From: Chlorokybus atmophyticus
Taxonomy: Eukaryota > Plantae > Mesostigma and Chlorokybus algae
NCBI GenBank assembly: GCA_009103225.1
Contig: RHPI01001699.1
Span: 1 to 14,251 of the forward strand
Reading direction: 5' to 3'
DNA: 14,251 bases
The position numbers and the translations under genes were made by a program. Below, piece after piece: positions 8,341 to 14,251 of this stretch (its first letter is position 1; every line of letters starts with the position of its first letter). The notes below the pieces were generated by a model. That model was not told the origin of the DNA and made no database searches. It was given only the letters and a program-made list of their open reading frames with translations.

Positions 8341-11300
8341 CTGCAGCCATAAATGGTTCAATTGGGCAAGAACCACAACGCAAATCAACAAGCTCAAGCA
8401 CACAGCAGCTTACCATTGTTAGCCTCATCCCCACTCTCTTCAACGTGTTGAACCCCACTCTGCACAGGTTGTGAAACCCTACCGCAACTGCCCGGCAGAG
8501 AACGACGAGCAAGGCTCTCCCTTGGGAGCTGCGCTGGAGCACCACCTTCTTCGTACGCAGCGCATCGCGAGCACGTAACCTCAACCATGCTACCCACAGC
8601 GTGCCGTCGACAGAGGCTGTTTGGACACGTCGCGCAGACTTGAAAAGCTGCTTCGTTGCAGTTCTTCACATGGCACCTGTGTTTTGGTTCAGTACAAGTG
8701 ATGATGGTTCTAGAAGTGAAGTTCCTCACAACAAGATGCCGAGCATTTGCTGCAATGAAGTCCACTTACTCATGCCTTGGGCACTCCCAATATTCATCCT
8801 CCACAGGTGGCATAGAGACACAGTGCGCGTGGTAGCTTTTCCAGCAACCTTCCACATCGCAGCCAGATATGGTGCCCCCATCCTTGCAGACAAAGCAGTA
8901 GTCTTCATGTTCCCGATGTTCCAACGCATCCAGCTCCAGTCTCGGTCTCATCCTGTGAACAAAGGTTCAGTGGCCAGGTCTACAGTCTCACAGTAGGGAT
9001 ATGAGGCATCACAATCGCAAACAGTACCTCTTGTACTCAAAATGCCAGTCGCGGCGTGTGGTCCATGACACCTCGCTCGAGGCGCTATTGGTTTCGCTTT
9101 GGGCACCCTGCACCAAGTACACAAGATGGTTGTATGTGATGCCAAAACCCAGGATATATGAGGACATCCAGATTCTAATGGACAACGTTGTTAACTCTCC
9201 TCTTACCGGAGTGTCCCGGTGCATGCCTCGACGCATGAGACTGCGCCTGTCTTTAACAAGCGCTACAATTACTTTGTTGTCATGGGGATCAATTCCCTCA
9301 AACCACTGGCCCTTGACCTGCCAGCAAGAAGGGATATTCATCAGCCATTTTCATACTACTATTTCAATTTACTATCATCACACCAAGCACACGCCAAAAC
9401 GATTGCAACACAGCCACTTACCAGGTTGCAATCAAGGTAGGTTTGTTCTGCAAAGCGGGGCTTGTCTTTTCTTAGGATTGCAAATCCTCCACTGTGCTGG
9501 ACTTGGTTGCTCATGTACCACCTAGCTCTGAGCAGCTGGTGCTCCCGACCAGCTATCACCACAACATCAAAAGATTGCACCCTGCCATACCAATGGATCT
9601 TCTTGGTTGGGTCATCTGAGTCACGCCCAACGGTAAACACGCCACAGTCCATGGTGCGGAGTTTCTTCTCCATTTCCTCTGCTCTGAACTGACCGATGTC
9701 CTTGTAGCGTGCTCTGAAGTATCGCTTGATGTACTTTGGAAAGATTGGACCGCTCAACAGCTCCATCTCGTGCTTTGTAAGCTCCCTAGCAGGTCCACGC
9801 CAGTGATGCAGCTCAGTCATATGCTCCATGTCCTTTGCCACGACATGTCCTTGTTTTTGAGCCCTTTCCCTTGCCATCCTGCGTTTGTTCACCTCCCGAC
9901 TGAACTCTCTGTGTAGCAGCAACCCATAAATAAATCATACTGTCTGCGCGTTGGACATCACGTACAAAACAGCAACTCCCAAAGCAACTTACTCTTTTAA
10001 CAGCCTGTATTCATCGTCATTCTCAGCCAACCACCACTCGAGCTCCTGCCTTGTCTTACTATCTTTATCCCCAACCTCAATACGGTGTCTCCGTCCGCAG
10101 AGCACATAGTCGTCATCATCTCGTTGCTTGCCCGATCGCAAACTGATGTCGGAGAAAAGTCGCTTCAAGGTGTCCATGTAAGTGTTCAGCATGAGCTGGA
10201 TAGAGTATCTGCAGATGCAACTGGCACTTAACAAGGCAAACAATGTGGAAAGTTTGCACGTAACTCTCAGTGGGCTCACACAAAACTTGCCTTTTGCAGA
10301 TGCTTGCTTCCACATGCTGCCTTGCAAATATCATGCGCTTCACCCACTGCATAAAGCGTTCATGTGCCCACTCCCAGTGGTCACGCGTCGGACCAAGCCA
10401 CATGCACTGCTCTGGTAGATGGCCAAGGAGGTGCAGCATCATTGTGAGAGAAGTTCGCGGGAAGAACAGCTCCACTTCAGACTGTGCCTCATGCACCAGC
10501 ACCTGCACTAAGTAATAAGCTACGCATGCCATAGGAGCTGGGCATGCAGAGTAAAGTGTTATTAAAGCCAACCTTCAATTCTTCGAGGTGTGACTGCTTT
10601 ACTTCCAATGCAGTCAGCCGTTGATAGATGTCGCATAGTTTGAAGATGGTTCTCTTCTGATCTTCTCCAATGTCGTGTGCAGAGCGCAGCACGTACTGAA
10701 AAACGACCGACCATAAGTTGTGCTTGTCGTGCGATTTCATCGAGCCTGCATGCTCCATGTCAAAAGTTGTCCATGCATGGAGAATCATTGCTTTAGCGTA
10801 AACACAAAACATATAACGGCTATCTCACCTAAATGCTTTGTGAAAGACTGCAGTTTCGAGCCGAAAGTGCTTGAAACCCTCACGCCGGAGAGCAATTGCT
10901 CAACCAGTCCTACATCTGTGATTGTCCATGGAGCCTGGGGTTTTACCTTGACTGCGACTTCCTTTCCATCCTTCATCTTCATCTCTGTCTGCAGCACATA
11001 GGTTCAAGTCCTTGGTTAAATCCAACTATGGCACATGTCAACGAGGCCGACTACATACGTACCTCTAGCCAGAGTTCAGGCATGCGGCCTTGCTGCTGCA
11101 GATCTTCTCGTGATTCGATGCTGTCGCGCAAGCCAGCTAGGAGATTTGCAAAGTTGGTTGCCAGGTTGGCAAAAATGTGCATAGGGCCAACCACATGACC
11201 TTTGACAGATTTTTGTAACGGTAGCCAATATGGAAGGTCGTGAAAACAGCTCAGTCCAAGGATGCCGGAGGTCTTTGAAGGATGTCTCTTGGAGTGCAGT

Positions 11301-14153
11301 GGACGCTTGCTGTTGCGAGATGTCATAGCATACCTGATCACATGGCATCCATTGCTGACATACCTATGTTCTGCAACCGAATGCGCAATCAACTGAGATT
11401 GCTCACCTGTACACGCTCTCTGCAGTCCGCATGGGTGGTGGAGGTCTGTGTTCTGGTTGCGGCCAACGCTCATCAACTCTGTAAGGATGGTCATCCGGTA
11501 GGTACCGGCGGTGGCCTTGATAGATCACCTTTTTGAGAAGTTCCACATGTTCTCCACTGCACTCGCACTTTGAACAGCCAAAGATGGCTCCATGCGCCAT
11601 CTGCAAGGCAGCTTTTGCCAGAGCTGCGCAACCAACATGATGTACTTCAGTAGCCACAACCATGGTTGTAAGGACAGTCCAATATACAGATACAGTCAGA
11701 CACTGATAACAGTAAGTGCAAACACTGCTGCTGCTTGAGTACCTGGGTAATCATGGATTACAATCTCCAGAATAGATCTGCAACGAAAAACTGCGTCGCG
11801 GTGGCTGTCATATATGTCTATACCTACAACAAATGCCAGCAGATTACATGCCTCAGTCATGCGCATTTGTCAGGCATGACTGCAGTAATGGAAGCTGCTT
11901 ATCCTAGCTGCGTTGAAACCATACCTTCCCAGAGATCTCCCAACTGGTCAATAATTGGCTTGAGATAAGCCTGTAGATTCTCTGGTTGTTTGGGTCCAGG
12001 GATAACAGCAGCTAGAAATGTAGTGTCTGTCTTGTGCATCTTGGCAATGGGCAGGTTCAACACTGAGATTGTGACAACCCAAAACTCATAGTTCCCTGCA
12101 ACTCAACAAACCCTTTGCTGCCATTCGTACAGTTACACTGCAACGAGCATACAGGAAGAAAAATGCTCTTTTATACCTTTGTGCGGATCTTTGAACGGGC
12201 TCATCCCGTCGATGAACATCGCTAGGCGCACATTGCGTGGTTCTTTGGCAAACCGGCTGTAGCGTTGTTCAGTGTCCTTGAACATTGGCGAGTCTGACAG
12301 CAGCAAGTACACCAAGGGCTTACGACCAACTGCCCCAGCCCCACAACACATTCAAACATGCATACAATCGCAAGGCTGGATACTGAGGTCTTACATACCG
12401 CCCCAGCACCTCGCCGACACACAAACAAACACAGGCAAGGACACCGAGGTCTTACATGCCGCCTCAGCGCCACGCCGACACACAAACAAACACAGGCAAG
12501 GACACCGAGGTCTTACATGCCGCCTCAGCGCCACGCCGACACACAAACAAACACAGGCAAGGACACCGAGGTCTTACATGCCGCCTCAGCGCCACGCACA
12601 CAAAAGCACAAGGCACGGACACTGAGGGCTTGCATTGGACTGCCCCAGCCGCTCACCAACACAATCATGCACACAGTCGTGCCTCATTTACCACTGAACT
12701 TGGCAATGTTACCGTGTATAGATCGCATAATCCCATCCTGACTTCGATTTGTGTGCGCCATCATCTCCGCAGCAACACTAGGTTTTAGGTACAGAGCCCT
12801 CAGCGCAGCAGGCACGTCAAAGTAACGCCCAATCTTCCATGCAACTTGTCTACCTCCTATGTGCGGTAGCGAGGGGCCTTGCAGACTGCATAAGCAAGTC
12901 GTATGCTGATGGGACATGCTAATCAAATCCCATTGTAGTGAACATTTGCAACAATTGCTCACCTTTGCAAAGTATCCTGTTGGCATGTCGGCCACAATAC
13001 AACATGTGATCACAGCGACAGGCATCATATGTGTGGAAGCCCATGTTGAGGCCTTCAAGGCATTTCAATAGCTCGTGCATGCTGCCTGGCATCTTATTCT
13101 CCTTAGGCAAGAGGATGCCACGCAACAACCTGGCACACAGAAACACATCAGTTCTGAACAGGCTGATGTTTCAGCAGTCAGCAGTGTAATTTGCCCACCA
13201 ACCTGAGCAGTTTATTCATGAAATTGAAGGGTATTCGATGTAGCTGCGCCAGAACCAATAGCAGCATGGAAATGCCTAGAGGGGTTGTACGAGAGCCGAA
13301 AACAACAGGGTTGCTTGCATTATCCAGCAACGCAGCATTCACCTTGTCAAGTAGCATGGCATCATCAACGCATTTAGCCTCTGGCTGCGATTCCACATCG
13401 GTTTCATAGTCTTGGTCTTCGCCGGCAACATCACCTTGCTCCGCATCACCTTGCTCCGCATTGACTTGCTCAGCAGTGGAGGTGCAGTGCACTGGCGTCT
13501 CAGGCTCCACTTGTCCATTTGTGAATTTGGTTCTGGCACCTTGATGCTCTTGCAATGTAGCATTCTCAATTCCATAAAATGCTGGGTGAGATCCGCGTTG
13601 TTCTCCATAAGCACATTGTCCTTCATGAGCACACGGATTACAACTTGCCAGCTGCCATGAGTCTAGTGGCACATGAACAATGAGAGGCACAGCATCCGCA
13701 ATGTTAACATGCCACGCAAGTCAGGTCGTACCTGCTGGTTGCAAGTTGGCTGCAACATTGAAAGGAGATTCAACACTCGGTTGCAACGGCGTGCCTGTGT
13801 CAACATGTTCAGTAGCGTCGTTCCCAACTAGCAATTGTTCGGTGTCATGGAGAGCTTCACCTGGGGCAAGCCAGATCAATGATCAGACAGCCTGTTGTAT
13901 AGATTCACAGCTGTAGAGAAGTTGCTCTCGTACCTGACGACATGTGTAAGGATGCAGCAGCAACAGCAGCATCAGCTTCTTCAAGTTCATGGGGTTGTAG
14001 TCGATCACGGTATTCAGGAGCAACAGCTTCTGGAGTGCCACACCACATGTTTTTGCCAAAGTTTTCATGATATTCAGCCCTTCTAATGTGGTTGTGTGTG
14101 AACACTTTGCTCCCTTTGCAGTCGCAGCAAAAACACTTGCGAAAGTAGCTCAT
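7077..14153 (-). CDS. 24-exon fusion gene: CACTA Tnp2-type transposase + PHD-C5HCH + SIM-like linker + Ulp1/SENP (C48) protease, about 1595 aa, with one -1 frameshift near 12864
   Basis: Exons (minus): 14153-13934, 13860-13732, 13662-13203, 13129-12963, 12885-12713, 12293-12177, 12095-11925, 11823-11743, 11623-11407, 11333-11063, 10988-10829, 10745-10573, 10502-10291, 10208-9993, 9908-9422, 9317-9207, 9107-9028, 8952-8770, 8676-8414, 8340-8070, 8006-7815, 7738-7528, 7415-7299, 7181-7077. All 23 junctions are phase-compatible (22 GT-AG, 1 GC-AG) and no in-frame stop was found. The sum is 4787 nt, one short of a multiple of three. A further intron (14230-14155) precedes the ATG, so the N-terminus could extend upstream. 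Confidence 0.82.
8414..8952 (-). CDS. PHD finger followed by C5HCH-like zinc module (NSD-family PHD5-C5HCH pattern); exons 18-19
   Basis: Spliced sequence EDYCFVCKDGGTISGCDVEGCWKSYHAHCVSMPPVEDEYWECPRHE|CHVKNCNEAAFQVCATCPNSLCRRH...CSRC. The pattern matches the recalled NSD C..C.DGG....C....C.K.YH..C........W.CP.H.C..C......C..CP...C..H. Confidence 0.88.
9207..13662 (-). CDS. Transposase portion: Tnp2/Transposase_21-like core with DUF4218- and DUF4216-like regions
   Basis: Motifs YDACRCDHMLY, RNVRLAMFIDGMSPF (D at 12208-12210), IPGPKQP..YLKPIIDQL..LW, IHDYPA (D at 11750-11752), GHRRYLPDDHPYR, MKSHDKH, LHLLGHLPEQ..LGP..WEWAHERF (E at 10359-10361), WYGRVQSF..LLRARWY. These correspond to recalled plant En/Spm TnpD motifs (TDGFNPF, NDFPA, GHRRFL, KSHDCH, WMYPFER, YYG). 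Confidence 0.95.
12314..12680. repeat. 61-bp minisatellite inside intron 5 of the element B gene
   Basis: Three identical units at 12412-12472, 12473-12533 and 12534-12594 (CGCCGACACACAAACAAACACAGGCAAGGACACCGAGGTCTTACATGCCGCCTCAGCGCCA), flanked by degenerate units near 12314, 12385 and 12625. Confidence 0.97.
13430..13474 (-). repeat. 15-bp in-frame coding tandem repeat (AEQVN-AEQGD-AEQGD)
   Basis: ATCACCTTGCTCCGC is exact at 13430-13444 and 13445-13459, with a degenerate third copy at 13460-13474. Confidence 0.9.
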
Positions 14154-14251
14154 GCTACAAACATCGAAAGCAGTCAGCCAACATACTGCAAGCAACTTCC
14201 AATCAACTTCCATACAGCCAAAGCAAAGACCTGCAGGCACGCTGCCGCCGC

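Larger units (their letters stand above)
6280..14251 (-). mobile_element. Element B: near-intact CACTA/EnSpm-type DNA transposon; 5' end lies beyond the window, 3' boundary approximate
   Basis: Contains the 24-exon transposase fusion gene. The left boundary is inferred from the point where element A homology stops. No TIR pair or TSD is visible within the window. Confidence 0.7.

Noticed and set aside
8414-8952. Host NSD/SET histone methyltransferase gene
   Set aside because: There is no SET, AWS or PWWP domain nearby. The module is spliced in frame between transposase and protease exons and is mirrored in element A.
8601-9692. Plus-strand ORFs 8601-8996, 9001-9525, 9219-9440 and 9462-9692
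   Set aside because: They are antisense to well-supported exons of gene B and have no motifs of their own.
12412-12594. CRISPR array, or coding ORFs 12272-12625, 12358-12741 and 12456-12788
   Set aside because: The units are fully identical with no unique spacers, the 61-bp period is not a multiple of three, and the block lies in an intron of the opposite-strand gene.
13895-14086. Plus-strand polyglutamine ORF
   Set aside because: It is the antisense shadow of the Ala-rich stretch (ADAAVAAAS) in exon 1 of gene B.
1862-14153. A and B as the arms of one giant inverted repeat or foldback element
   Set aside because: They are similar mainly at protein level, with unrelated introns. Separate diverged elements explain this better than a recent inverted duplication.

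Overview
Eukaryotic DNA with short spliceosomal introns, almost entirely transposon-derived. It holds two diverged CACTA/EnSpm (CMC superfamily) elements of the same architecture, facing tail to tail. Element B (minus strand, ATG 14153 to TAG 7077) splices by hand into 24 coding exons (4787 nt, about 1595 aa once one missing base in exon 5 is restored). The frame is continuous: N-terminal Cys/His motif, Tnp2/Transposase_21-type DDE transposase, DUF4218- and DUF4216-like regions, an NSD-type PHD-C5HCH zinc finger, a SIM-like acidic linker, and an Ulp1/SENP (peptidase C48) SUMO protease with an intact His-Asp-Cys triad. Element A (plus strand, about 1862-6284) is a decayed relative with 15 matching intron positions and the same transposase-PHD fusion. 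It is cut off mid-PHD by an AT-rich block of TGAATATTCA-like palindromes, so B may have inserted into A. A small spliced orphan gene (286-1220), a palindrome array beside a CACTG at the window start, and a 61-bp intronic minisatellite make up the rest. Domain names come from motif recognition, not database searches. The host species cannot be determined from the sequence.
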